This document shows positions 16,916 to 26,517 of a DNA stretch of 64,000 nucleotides, in pieces. The translations under genes and the position numbers were made by a program. Each line of letters begins with the position of its first letter. Position 1 is the first letter of the stretch. Origin of the DNA: Bacteroidota bacterium (lineage in GTDB: Bacteria > Bacteroidota > Bacteroidia > Sphingobacteriales > Sphingobacteriaceae); NCBI GenBank assembly GCA_040385565.1, contig JAZKHD010000010.1:33075-97074 (forward strand), read 5' to 3'. The notes beneath the pieces were generated by a model. That model was not told where the DNA came from, made no database searches, and saw only the letters and a program-made list of their open reading frames with translations.

Positions 16916-18619
16916 ATGGTCTTTAACCTAAAAAACACATTATTTAATGTTTGCCTGTCTCTAATAATGTTGCTTTGCATCATTGGTAGTGCATCTGCGC
17001 AAACGCAAGATTCTGTCTCGACCGCTGATATGGTCTTTACTGAAATCGGCGATAGTGCCACAGAAGCTAATGGTGATACCGCTGGAAGCCTTGTGACTGC
17101 TGCAGATACAGTGAAGACCGTTCAGCAAAACGCTCTTTTAGCAGCTGGTAACATGCCTGTTTCTAATGGGCTTGAAAATGAGAAAACCCTGTGGGAGACT
17201 TTTATTGCAGGACTGGTTGGGGGTTTTTTAGCCTTCCTTATGCCGTGTATTTTCCCTATGGTGCCATTAACAATCAGTTATTTTACAAAACGGGGTGGCA
17301 GTAAAAGCAAGGGAATTAGTCAGGCACTATTCTATGGCCTGGCAATCATTGTAATTTATGTAGCTTTTGGGCTATTGATTACAGTTTTATTTGGCTCGGC
17401 AGGCTTGAACGCTTTGAGTTCAAGCGGACTGTTTAATTTATTTTTCTTTGTCGTACTTGTCGTATTTGCAATCTCCTTTTTTGGTGCATTTGAAATCACT
17501 CTACCAAGCTCATTTGTAAATAAAATTGATGCCAAGGCCGATAAAAGCAAGGGGATCGGTGGTATCTTTTTTATGGCTGCTTCACTGGCACTGGTTTCTT
17601 TTTCTTGTACCGGACCAATTATCGGAACACTACTTGTGCAAGCCAGTTCTAAAGGAGAGCTGTTGGCGCCTGCTATTGGCATGTTTGGTTTTGCCCTTGC
17701 CCTGGCGTTACCATTTACATTGTCGGCAATTTTTCCCGGGTTTCTCAACAGCATGCCGAAATCTGGCGGCTGGTTAAATAGTGTTAAAGTTTGTTTGGGA
17801 TTTTTAGAGCTCGCATTCGCTTTAAAGTTTCTTTCAGCCGCGGATTTGGTATGGCATTGGGAGTGGTTTGACCGTGAGGTTTTCCTGGTGCTTTGGATTG
17901 TGATATTTGTTCTTATGGGCTTTTACTTATTAGGAAAGCTGAAATTTTCGCACGATAGCGATTTGCCTTATGTCTCTGTGCCCCGTTTATTCCTGGCTAT
18001 GCTATCGCTTTCATTTGCAGTATATATGCTGCCCGGATTATGGGGTGCGCCGGTTAGTGTACTGAGCGGGCTAGCGCCACCAATGAACACACAGGACTTT
18101 ATTTTAACTGCAGGCGGATCGTCAACATCACAAACTGACAGTGACTTTCCCGTAAAAGTTAAGTATGATGATGTATTCAAGAAACCTGTGGGACTTACCC
18201 CTTTCTTCGATCTGGAGGAAGGTCTAGCTTACGCTAAAAAGGTCAATAAACCAGTAATGATTGATTTTACAGGTTGGGCTTGTGTGAATTGTCGCAAGAT
18301 GGAAGACAACATATGGATTAAACCAGGGGTTCATGAACTAATTAAACAATATGTGCTGATTCAACTTTATGTTGATGAAAGAAAGATAAAGATGCCTAAG
18401 GATAAAATACATTACTCGAAAATACTGAGACACGATACGGATGATTTGGGTTGGTGGAACGGAGATTTTCAGGCGACAAATTATAACACCAATTCACAGC
18501 CCTTTTACGTATTGGCAGGTCATGATCTAAAACCATTGGTAACCCCTATGGGCGCAATATTTGATGCGGCAGCATACTCCGCATATTTAAAAAGTGGGCT
18601 TGATGCCTACAATAAATAA
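16916..18619 (+). CDS. dsbD: thiol:disulfide interchange protein DsbD (membrane core plus C-terminal thioredoxin domain)
   Basis: The ATG at 16916 gives its own signal peptide (LLCIIGSASAQ). The CcdA/DsbD TM core has Cys motifs (FLMPCIFPMVP, FSCTGPIIG). The C-terminal thioredoxin motif is WACVNCRKME. Confidence 0.8.
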   Translation: MVFNLKNTLFNVCLSLIMLLCIIGSASAQTQDSVSTADMVFTEIGDSATEANGDTAGSLVTAADTVKTVQQNALLAAGNMPVSNGLENEKTLWETFIAGLVGGFLAFLMPCIFPMVPLTISYFTKRGGSKSKGISQALFYGLAIIVIYVAFGLLITVLFGSAGLNALSSSGLFNLFFFVVLVVFAISFFGAFEITLPSSFVNKIDAKADKSKGIGGIFFMAASLALVSFSCTGPIIGTLLVQASSKGELLAPAIGMFGFALALALPFTLSAIFPGFLNSMPKSGGWLNSVKVCLGFLELAFALKFLSAADLVWHWEWFDREVFLVLWIVIFVLMGFYLLGKLKFSHDSDLPYVSVPRLFLAMLSLSFAVYMLPGLWGAPVSVLSGLAPPMNTQDFILTAGGSSTSQTDSDFPVKVKYDDVFKKPVGLTPFFDLEEGLAYAKKVNKPVMIDFTGWACVNCRKMEDNIWIKPGVHELIKQYVLIQLYVDERKIKMPKDKIHYSKILRHDTDDLGWWNGDFQATNYNTNSQPFYVLAGHDLKPLVTPMGAIFDAAAYSAYLKSGLDAYNK

Positions 18620-18681
18620 GATTTTTTATCGGACTGGGTGGATGCCCCAAGGTAAAATTTAGGTAAGTAATAATTTAATCA

Positions 18682-18705
18682 GGCCGGAACCATTCCGGCC
18701 TTTTT
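18682..18705. terminator. Rho-independent terminator between convergent genes
   Basis: ggccgga-accat-tccggcc hairpin followed by ttttt, located between the dsbD stop (18619) and the ku stop (18707). Confidence 0.7.
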
Positions 18706-18706
18706 A

Positions 18707-19480
18707 TTATGCTCTTTTTTTAGGTGCCAGGCTACTCATTAGCTGGCTATATAAATCATCATCTTTGGTTTTATGAGGCTTGAGCTTTTTAATAGTTGGC
18801 CTTTTACCTTTTGCTTTCGCTTCAATTAGCTTAAGCAATTTAGTGTGGTATTCATCTTTATATTTGGACACATCAAAATCTTCTGCATACTGGTTCACCA
18901 AAGCCAGCCCCATATCCATTTCTTTTTTGTTTATGGTTATTTTCGCATCTACATTCAAATCACTCTGATCACGGATTTGTTGCTGAAACCTGATGCGGGT
19001 AACAACAAGGGCGTTGTCTACCGGATGCACAATGCAAAGGCTCTCCGAGCTGCGTAAAACAAAACGGGCAAGTCCGGCTTTTTTAGATTTTTTGAGTACC
19101 TGGAGTAATAATGCGTAGGCCTTGTTGCTTTTTGCTTCTGGTTCTACGTAATACGAAGTCTCATAGAACATTGGGTTGACAGAAGCGATGTCTACAAAGC
19201 TTTCAATCTCTATCGTTTTTGTTTTTTCGGGTGCAGCGGCATCGAAATCACTTTCTTCGACAATCACATAACTATCGTCTTTCATTTTGTACCCTTTTAC
19301 GATCTTTTCGTAAGGCACTTCTTTTTTGGTATCAGCATTTACACGCTGAAATTTTATGTGGGCATGGTCTCTACCGTCAAGCATATCCAAATCGAGAGAA
19401 CTGTTTTGCACAGCCGAATATAATTTCATGGGTATGCTGACTAATCCAAAGCCAATGGTTCCTTTCCAGATTGATCTCAT
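18707..19480 (-). CDS. ku: Ku protein (bacterial non-homologous end joining)
   Basis: 257-aa ORF. The N-terminus MRSIWKGTIGFGLVSIPMKLYSA is the hallmark bacterial Ku start. The C-terminal tail is Lys-rich. Confidence 0.9.
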   Translation of the reverse strand: MRSIWKGTIGFGLVSIPMKLYSAVQNSSLDLDMLDGRDHAHIKFQRVNADTKKEVPYEKIVKGYKMKDDSYVIVEESDFDAAAPEKTKTIEIESFVDIASVNPMFYETSYYVEPEAKSNKAYALLLQVLKKSKKAGLARFVLRSSESLCIVHPVDNALVVTRIRFQQQIRDQSDLNVDAKITINKKEMDMGLALVNQYAEDFDVSKYKDEYHTKLLKLIEAKAKGKRPTIKKLKPHKTKDDDLYSQLMSSLAPKKRA

Positions 19481-19482
19481 AA

Positions 19483-19746
19483 TTATTCCTCTATATTTTT
19501 TGTAATTCCCTGGGGGTGATGCGCCTCTATCTGATCAGCAAGCAGATGCAATAATTGTTCATCTAAATTACCCGGGTTTTGGCAAATGTGCAGGAAATCA
19601 TGCCCGTCGGGTTCAAAACTGGCCACGAATTTACCATCCTGAAAAACTTTGACTTTACAGCTTTCGCCGTTGTGGTGCATGTATTCACCAATTTCGAAAT
19701 GGTGTAGCGTTTTGTCTATGCTGATACTGATTGGGTAATTTTCCAT
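19483..19746 (-). CDS. hypothetical His-rich small protein, co-transcribed with ku
   Basis: 87-aa ORF with 9 His. Its stop is 2 nt upstream of the ku start. I recognise no family. Confidence 0.5.
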   Translation of the reverse strand: MENYPISISIDKTLHHFEIGEYMHHNGESCKVKVFQDGKFVASFEPDGHDFLHICQNPGNLDEQLLHLLADQIEAHHPQGITKNIEE

Positions 19747-19784
19747 AAAATTGCTTTCCGTATGGATAACAACCAGATTGATAA

Positions 19785-20756
19785 CTAGTTTTTATGATAC
19801 TTAAGTTTATATTCCATTGGAGACATGCCTGTTACCTTTCTGAAAACTTCTCTGAAAGCTTTCACATCAGAATATCCTGTTTCGTACATGACTTGTTTTA
19901 TGTTTTTAGAACTGGTTTCAAAGGACTTTTTCGCCGCCTCAATTTTTACCCTTTGGGCATATTCTATAGGTGTGTTGCCTGTAGCTTTTATAAAGCGACG
20001 GTCAAAGTTCCTGCGTCCGACGGCAAATTTTGAACTGAGATCGGCAATAGATATTTTTTCCTGCACGTGCGTTTCAATGTAAGCCTGAACTTCTTTTACT
20101 ACTACATCATCATGAGATTTCTGACCAGCGAATATGATAAAAGAGGATTGGCTGTCGCGATCTATTTCAATTTGAAATACTTTGGCGCAGAATATCGCGG
20201 TTTGCCTGTCGAAATACTTTTCAACCAGATAAATGATGAGATTAAGAAAAGAGTATGCACCGCCATTGGTATAAATGCCATTTTCTTCAGTGATGAGTCT
20301 ATCGGTTTGCAGATTTATATCCGGAAATTGAGCTCTGAAGGTATCTGCGGCCAACCAGTGTGTAGAACAGCTTTTTCCCTTAAGTAAGCCTGCAGCCGCC
20401 AACAAAAATGCCCCGGTGCAAATACTTGCAATCTCGGTTCCCTTTCGGTGTTGCTCAGCAAGCCAACTGATCAGTTCACCATTTACTTCCTGGGTTTTTT
20501 GGTAGTTGTGGTTAAGTGAAGGAATGATTACGAGATTAGTTTTGTCAATCTCAGAAATATGAAGCTGTGGTTTTACGCTAAACAAGCCGCCGTAAAAGTT
20601 TACTTCATTCGAAACACCTGCCAATTCAATTTGATAAGTTTGTTTATTTCCTTTTTCAGTCCAGAAAGCATTTGCCCTGCTGAAAATTTTATATGCACCT
20701 ACTATGCTACTTAAGTTGTTCTCACCATCAGGGACCAAAATTGTAATTCGCTTCAT
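19785..20756 (-). CDS. GlxA-family transcriptional regulator (DJ-1/PfpI domain plus AraC HTH)
   Basis: 323-aa ORF. The DJ-1/PfpI nucleophile-elbow region is IASICTGAFLLAAAGLL. The C-terminus has AraC-type HTHs (GYSDVKAFREVFRKVTGMSPMEY). Confidence 0.85.
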   Translation of the reverse strand: MKRITILVPDGENNLSSIVGAYKIFSRANAFWTEKGNKQTYQIELAGVSNEVNFYGGLFSVKPQLHISEIDKTNLVIIPSLNHNYQKTQEVNGELISWLAEQHRKGTEIASICTGAFLLAAAGLLKGKSCSTHWLAADTFRAQFPDINLQTDRLITEENGIYTNGGAYSFLNLIIYLVEKYFDRQTAIFCAKVFQIEIDRDSQSSFIIFAGQKSHDDVVVKEVQAYIETHVQEKISIADLSSKFAVGRRNFDRRFIKATGNTPIEYAQRVKIEAAKKSFETSSKNIKQVMYETGYSDVKAFREVFRKVTGMSPMEYKLKYHKN

Positions 20757-20964
20757 ACTTTTTCTTATAAAGATAAAACAACATTATGTCCAAATCAACC
20801 CGCGGCGCTGTCTAAATTGCACACCTATCAGCCAACGAATTTCATAAAGCAGCCGTTTTGTTTAACCTGAAAAATTTTAATCAAACCTTAAACATTTTTT
20901 TAAATCAACTGTTAATTCCATACTCCAGGTAATAATAAAATACAACGCAATTGATTAATTTTTT

Positions 20965-21002
20965 GAAAGGCAGGTTAGGGGGCTAACTGCCTTTCTTTTT
21001 TT
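20965..21002 (+). terminator. orphan terminator-like hairpin upstream of the M23 peptidase gene
   Basis: gaaaggcaggttag-gggg-ctaactgcctttc hairpin followed by ttttttt. No plus-strand gene lies upstream, since the region is a divergent promoter region. Confidence 0.45.
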
Positions 21003-21053
21003 GCTTAAAACGAATTTGTTTTCCGAGTTGTTGTGACTATACAAATAGCATCA

Positions 21054-22385
21054 ATGAGAACCCCTTATCATAACAAATCAATCGTTTTTTTCTTGCTGAC
21101 AATTACAGTATTAGTGGTGTCCTGCAAGACTGGAACTGTAAATCTATTTAAACCGGCTTCTCCACATGAGCAATATCAGCGTAAACTAGTTACATCCGGT
21201 CTTGATAAAACGGCGATGGGCATGGCTTGGATAGCCGCATCAGTGAACAGCATCTCAAATGCTCCAACAGTAGCTCTTCCATTTCGCGAAAAAGGTTATT
21301 TTGCCGCAGAGCGCATTCCGGCAGCCGCCTATAATTTTAAAGCTAAAAAGGGACAGAAGATTATGGTTACTTTGGCACAAAAGCCGGTAGAACAATTTAA
21401 GATTTATGTAGATCTGATCCGTCAGGACCAGAACAAATTAAAGTTGCTTGCTTTTGCCGATACTTTAAAAAATACCCTGGTATACGAGATTGAGGACAGC
21501 GGAGATTATTTGCTACGTATCCAACCGGAATTGCTTGGTAGTGGCGAATATACCTTAGATATCAATTATGGACCATCCCTTGATTATCCTGTAAGATCTA
21601 CATCCAAGAACCTGATCCAAAGCTATTTTGGAGATGGTAGGGATGCCAATTCCAGAAAGCATGAAGGGATTGACCTGTTCGCGCCGCGACTAACACCTGT
21701 GATTGCCGCGGCGAATGGGGTAGTAACAAGGGTAAATGAAAACAACCTTGGAGGCAAGGTGGTTTGGATGAGGCCATCCGGAAAAAATTATACGCTGTAT
21801 TATGCACATTTGGATGTACAGGTAGCAAAAGAAGGTCAACAGGTATCAATTGGCGATACGCTTGGGTTAATGGGAAACACGGGGAATGCAAAAACTACTG
21901 CACCACACCTGCATTTTGGCATTTATGGTTTGGCAGGGGCGGTGGATCCTTTACCATTTGTGGACCCGGTTATAAAATCACTGCCTGAAGTCACTGTTCC
22001 ACTATCAAATTTAAACGCGACAATGCGTACGAATACAAAAACTGTTGTTTATCGTTCACCGGAAACTGCTTCGGCCCAGGTATATTCATTGCCTCAAAAC
22101 ACCATAGTTAAAGTAACTTCGGCTTACAAGAATTGGTATAAAGTAATGCTTCAGCATGACAGTTCTGAAGTATTTGTTCAAGGCAGCAAATTGAGTACAA
22201 CATTAAAGCCGATTAGATCTATAAGAGTAAAATTGAGTCAATTATCCGCATATGACAAGCCTGATTCTTTAGCCGCCACGAAAATTACATTAATCAAAAA
22301 TGCGCAGGTTGATGTGCTGGGCTTTTCCGGCGACTACCAACTTATAAAAGACGCTTATAACCAAACCGGCTGGTTAAAACCTTAA
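21054..22385 (+). CDS. M23-family metallopeptidase lipoprotein with C-terminal SH3-like repeats
   Basis: ORF 21033-22385. The ATG at 21054 gives a lipoprotein signal (LVVSCKTG). The M23 motifs HEGIDLFAP and APHLHFGIY are present. Confidence 0.8.
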   Translation: MRTPYHNKSIVFFLLTITVLVVSCKTGTVNLFKPASPHEQYQRKLVTSGLDKTAMGMAWIAASVNSISNAPTVALPFREKGYFAAERIPAAAYNFKAKKGQKIMVTLAQKPVEQFKIYVDLIRQDQNKLKLLAFADTLKNTLVYEIEDSGDYLLRIQPELLGSGEYTLDINYGPSLDYPVRSTSKNLIQSYFGDGRDANSRKHEGIDLFAPRLTPVIAAANGVVTRVNENNLGGKVVWMRPSGKNYTLYYAHLDVQVAKEGQQVSIGDTLGLMGNTGNAKTTAPHLHFGIYGLAGAVDPLPFVDPVIKSLPEVTVPLSNLNATMRTNTKTVVYRSPETASAQVYSLPQNTIVKVTSAYKNWYKVMLQHDSSEVFVQGSKLSTTLKPIRSIRVKLSQLSAYDKPDSLAATKITLIKNAQVDVLGFSGDYQLIKDAYNQTGWLKP

Positions 22386-22424
22386 TTTAACATTAACTTA
22401 ATAGAAGATGTCTAGCTTTACAGT

Positions 22425-23828
22425 ATGGACAGATCAAGGAGAAGTTTTATCAGAAATACCAGCCTCGTTAGCCTGGGCTTCATTGGATTGAATAACTATG
22501 CAGCTAATGCGGCGGCAAGTCTTTTTACGTTCCCGGGCGAAGTCGGATTTGGCCCCCTTAGTTATCGTGAAGGGGATGTGCTGAGTTTACCAAAAGGTTT
22601 TACAGCAAAGGTGATATCCCAAAAAAATGACCTGATGAATGATGGTCTGCTTATGCCTGGAATGTATGATGGCATGGGCACTTTTGCTGCGGCTGGCGGA
22701 AAAACTATATTGATTAGAAATCACGAAAATACCCCCGGGGCAGCAGCGTTGGGGCCATTTGGTAAAGACAACGAACTGCTTCATAAGGTTAACAGAAACA
22801 AAATTTACGATTTCGGTAAGGGCGAAGATACATGTGTAGGTGGTACGACCACACTAGTTTATAACGAAAAAACGCAGAACGTAGAGTCCCAATATTTAAG
22901 TTTAATTGGTACGGTAAGAAACTGTGCAGGGGGGATTACCCCGTGGCAGTCGTGGATTACCTGCGAGGAAAGTAGTTTAAAAATTGGAAATGAAGGCAGT
23001 GGATTGGAAAAAGACCATGGCTTTAATTTTGAAGTTCCTGCTACTACCAAACTTGGTATAGCTGATCCGCATCCGATAAAAGCAATGGGGCGTTTTACCC
23101 ATGAAGCTGTGGCAGTGCAACCTGGAACCGGTATTGTGTATCAAACTGAAGATGAGGGCGACAGCTTATTTTATCGTTACCTACCGAACACCTATGGAAA
23201 GCTTCATAATGGAGGTAAACTACAATGTCTGGTGATTAAAGAATGGAAAGGTGCTGACACCAGGAACTACGAATCACTTACAACCGATCGTTTTCCTGAA
23301 AAAAGACAGTTTGAGGTGGAGTGGGTGGATTTGGATGAGGTTGAATCACCAAATAGCGATTTGAGGCTCAGGGGATTTAAATCAGGTGCTGCAAGATTTT
23401 CGAGAGGCGAGGGGATATGGTATGGGAAAAATGAACTCTTTTTTGCATGTACCGATGGCGGAAAAAATCAAAAGGGGCAAATATTTAAATATGTACCAAG
23501 CAAATTTGAAGGACAACCCGGCGAGAAGGATGCTCCCGGAAAATTAGAATTGTTTCTGGAGCCAAATGACATCGAGACATTTCAGAATTGCGATAACTTA
23601 ACTATAGCCCCATGGGGAGACGTAGTCATTTGCGAAGATAAAAAGGATCCGAGAATTATTGGCATTACTCCACAAGGCAAAACCTATGTGATTGCCAAAA
23701 ATATTGGATATAGAAACTCTGAGTTTGCCGGGCCGGTATTTTCACCTTCTGGAAACACGTTGTTCATTAATATACAATCGCCCGGATTAACACTGGCTAT
23801 AACCGGGCCCTGGAAAAAGAGCGTTTGA
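22425..23828 (+). CDS. Tat-exported DUF839 / PhoX-like beta-propeller protein
   Basis: 467-aa ORF with the twin-arginine signal MDRSRRSFIRNTS. The conserved blocks NCAGGITPWQSWITCEE and GRFTHEAVAV are typical of DUF839/PhoX-like proteins. Confidence 0.65.
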   Translation: MDRSRRSFIRNTSLVSLGFIGLNNYAANAAASLFTFPGEVGFGPLSYREGDVLSLPKGFTAKVISQKNDLMNDGLLMPGMYDGMGTFAAAGGKTILIRNHENTPGAAALGPFGKDNELLHKVNRNKIYDFGKGEDTCVGGTTTLVYNEKTQNVESQYLSLIGTVRNCAGGITPWQSWITCEESSLKIGNEGSGLEKDHGFNFEVPATTKLGIADPHPIKAMGRFTHEAVAVQPGTGIVYQTEDEGDSLFYRYLPNTYGKLHNGGKLQCLVIKEWKGADTRNYESLTTDRFPEKRQFEVEWVDLDEVESPNSDLRLRGFKSGAARFSRGEGIWYGKNELFFACTDGGKNQKGQIFKYVPSKFEGQPGEKDAPGKLELFLEPNDIETFQNCDNLTIAPWGDVVICEDKKDPRIIGITPQGKTYVIAKNIGYRNSEFAGPVFSPSGNTLFINIQSPGLTLAITGPWKKSV

Positions 23829-23909
23829 CATTAAAAAGTTACTCAGCAGGCTGACTGTTGATGGTGGTTTAAATTATATTTGTTTTTACCGAACCACAAC
23901 AAAAACATC

Positions 23910-26417
23910 ATGATTAAAAAGTTAGGCTTTTCAGCTTTTTTGGCTGTTTCTTTTTGCAATGCTTCCTATTCCCAGATTCCTGTTTCAAATTCCAGAACGA
24001 CTGCGGTTGGTCAAGTTTCAAGTATAGCTGCTTTTACCAAGGACTTTAAGAAATACGAGGGTTACTTTAATTTTTATTATGATGAAAAGACCGGGAAGGT
24101 TTTTTTGGAGATTGAAAAGTTTGATCAGGATTTTCTGTATTTCAGTTCGCTAACTGACGGGGCCGGCAGAAATGCAGAACGCGGTCAAGCGTCAACTGAA
24201 GTTGCCCGCTTCATAAAGGTTGGCCCAAAAGTTTTTCTTTTGCAGCCGAATTTATTATATCGTGCAGGTAATAATAATCCAGATGAGATCAGGACAGTTG
24301 AAGGCTCCTTTGCCAAATCTATTCTATGGGGTTTTATGCCAGTTGCAGTGGAAGGTACTAGGATTTTGGTTGACCTTACACCATTTTTGATTCGCGACAG
24401 CCAAAATATCGGTTCTATAATTGCTGCCCCTGCCTCTTCTGGAGGCGCAGCTGGCAGAGGTGCAGGTTCGGCGAGCGCAGTCAGTTATCGCGTAGACGAA
24501 AGCAGATCTGCTTTGTTTCTTCCAAATACTAAGAACTTTCCCAAGAATACTGAATTTGAGTCGATGCTTACTTTTGCGAGTAATACTGGGACTGCCCGAA
24601 GTAATGTTGCTCCGGACGCAAACGCCGTGACTGTGAGGATGCACCAGTCGTTCGTAGAACTTCCAGAACCTGGTTTCCAGCAGCGTAAATTTGATCCACG
24701 GTCTAGTTATCAAATGTTCAGTTATACCGATTTCTCAGCTCCGATGTCTGAACCATTGGTGAAACGGTTCACCAGCAGACATCGTTTAGAAAAGAAAGAT
24801 CCGAATGCTAAAATTAGCGAGGCAGTAAAACCAATTGTTTACTATATAGACCGGGGTGCGCCTGCACCTATAAAAAAAGCCTTGATAGAGGGCGGTGCTT
24901 TTTGGAACGAGGCATTTGAAGCCGCAGGATTTAAGAATGCTTTCCAGGTAAAGGAGCTGCCTGAAGGTGCTGACCCGATGGACATCCGTTATAATGTAGT
25001 CAATTGGATTACAAGGGCCGGTAGTCCTCGTGCTTTTTCTTATGGCTCTTCTTACAGAGATCCGCGCACCGGCGAAATTATTAAAGGCGTGGTGACTTTG
25101 GGGTCTGACCGCCACCGCCAGGATTATATGATTGCGGAAGGACTGCTTCAGCCTTATACTGATGGGAAACCAGTAAGTAAAGAAATGGAAGTAATGGCAC
25201 TTGCCAGGATTAGGCAGTTATCTGCCCATGAGATTGGCCATACGCTAGGATTAAACCACAACTTTGCGGCGAGTCCGAAAGAACGCGCTTCTGTAATGGA
25301 TTATCCTTTTCCCCGCATTAAAGAGCGTGCAGATGGAAGTATAGATCTTTCTGATGCTTACGCGAAAAGTATAGGCAGCTGGGACAAACGCGCCATCATG
25401 TGGGGATATAGTGTATTCCCTAAAGGTGAAGATGAAAACACAGGTTTGGATAAGATCATGAATGAAACGCTTAAGCAAGGGTTTCAATATATCCCGGATA
25501 TTGGCGGTTATACGCATCCTGCAGCTAATCAGTGGGAAGATGGTGCTAACCCAATTGATGAATTAAATCGCTTGATGAAGATCCGCAGAAAAGTGTTGGA
25601 CGGATTCTCTGAAAAGGCAATTGTAAAAGATGCCCCGATGGCAACTTTGGAAGAAGTGTTGGTGCCAATTTACCTGCTCCATCGTTATGAGATAGAAGCT
25701 GTGGCTAAGTCGCTGGGCGGTTTATATTTTACCCATGCTGTAAAAAACGACGGACAAATACCTACAAGGATGGTTGACCCTGCTCAACAGTGGGATGCTT
25801 TTAATGCGTTGATGGCCACTGTTAGTCCGGATGCCCTGGCACTTCCAGAAGCTTTGATTGCCAAAATTCCGCCGCGTCCATCAGGTTATCCGGCTTCGGC
25901 AGAAACGTTTGGAGCTTATACTGGTCCTACCTTCGACCCGATTGCTACAGCGGAGGCTGCGGCTAACGAAACCGTATCATCATTATTAAATCCGGAACGA
26001 GCTGCACGCTTAATTGAATACAATGCCAGGGACGAAAAACAGCCGGGCTTGCTAGCTGTATTGGACAGGCTTCTTGAGCAAACCTGGAAAGCAACTCCAG
26101 TTACTGGTTACAAAGGCGAGCTACAAAGGATGGTAAATAATTTGACGCTAAAGTACTTACTACAGTTAGGTGCAAATACAGCCGCTGCAGAAAGTGTTAG
26201 GGGAGAGGCACTACTAAAAATCTCTGAACTGAAGGACTGGATGAGCCGTAAAGCAGGTGCAAGTACTGATAAACAAAAAGCAAATATCTTGTTCGGCTTG
26301 TCGCAAATTAAAGAATTTGAAGAGTCCCCTGCTAAGTTTCAGCCAGCCCCTGCACAGATCATGCCACCTGGTGCACCGATAGGAATGGGTGGTATGGACT
26401 TCGTAGAAGAATGGTAG
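23910..26417 (+). CDS. secreted zinc metalloprotease (zincin, DUF5117/DUF4953-type)
   Basis: ORF 23880-26417. The ATG at 23910 precedes a signal peptide. The zincin motif is SAHEIGHTLGLNHNF. Confidence 0.7.
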   Translation: MIKKLGFSAFLAVSFCNASYSQIPVSNSRTTAVGQVSSIAAFTKDFKKYEGYFNFYYDEKTGKVFLEIEKFDQDFLYFSSLTDGAGRNAERGQASTEVARFIKVGPKVFLLQPNLLYRAGNNNPDEIRTVEGSFAKSILWGFMPVAVEGTRILVDLTPFLIRDSQNIGSIIAAPASSGGAAGRGAGSASAVSYRVDESRSALFLPNTKNFPKNTEFESMLTFASNTGTARSNVAPDANAVTVRMHQSFVELPEPGFQQRKFDPRSSYQMFSYTDFSAPMSEPLVKRFTSRHRLEKKDPNAKISEAVKPIVYYIDRGAPAPIKKALIEGGAFWNEAFEAAGFKNAFQVKELPEGADPMDIRYNVVNWITRAGSPRAFSYGSSYRDPRTGEIIKGVVTLGSDRHRQDYMIAEGLLQPYTDGKPVSKEMEVMALARIRQLSAHEIGHTLGLNHNFAASPKERASVMDYPFPRIKERADGSIDLSDAYAKSIGSWDKRAIMWGYSVFPKGEDENTGLDKIMNETLKQGFQYIPDIGGYTHPAANQWEDGANPIDELNRLMKIRRKVLDGFSEKAIVKDAPMATLEEVLVPIYLLHRYEIEAVAKSLGGLYFTHAVKNDGQIPTRMVDPAQQWDAFNALMATVSPDALALPEALIAKIPPRPSGYPASAETFGAYTGPTFDPIATAEAAANETVSSLLNPERAARLIEYNARDEKQPGLLAVLDRLLEQTWKATPVTGYKGELQRMVNNLTLKYLLQLGANTAAAESVRGEALLKISELKDWMSRKAGASTDKQKANILFGLSQIKEFEESPAKFQPAPAQIMPPGAPIGMGGMDFVEEW

Positions 26418-26517
26418 TGTATCATAGAATTGCAGGACAGTGCATGATGGCGTTTTAAAAAAAAATATGGATACTAGTAAAGTTAACGAGTGTCATTTAA
26501 TTTAAGACTAACCATCT

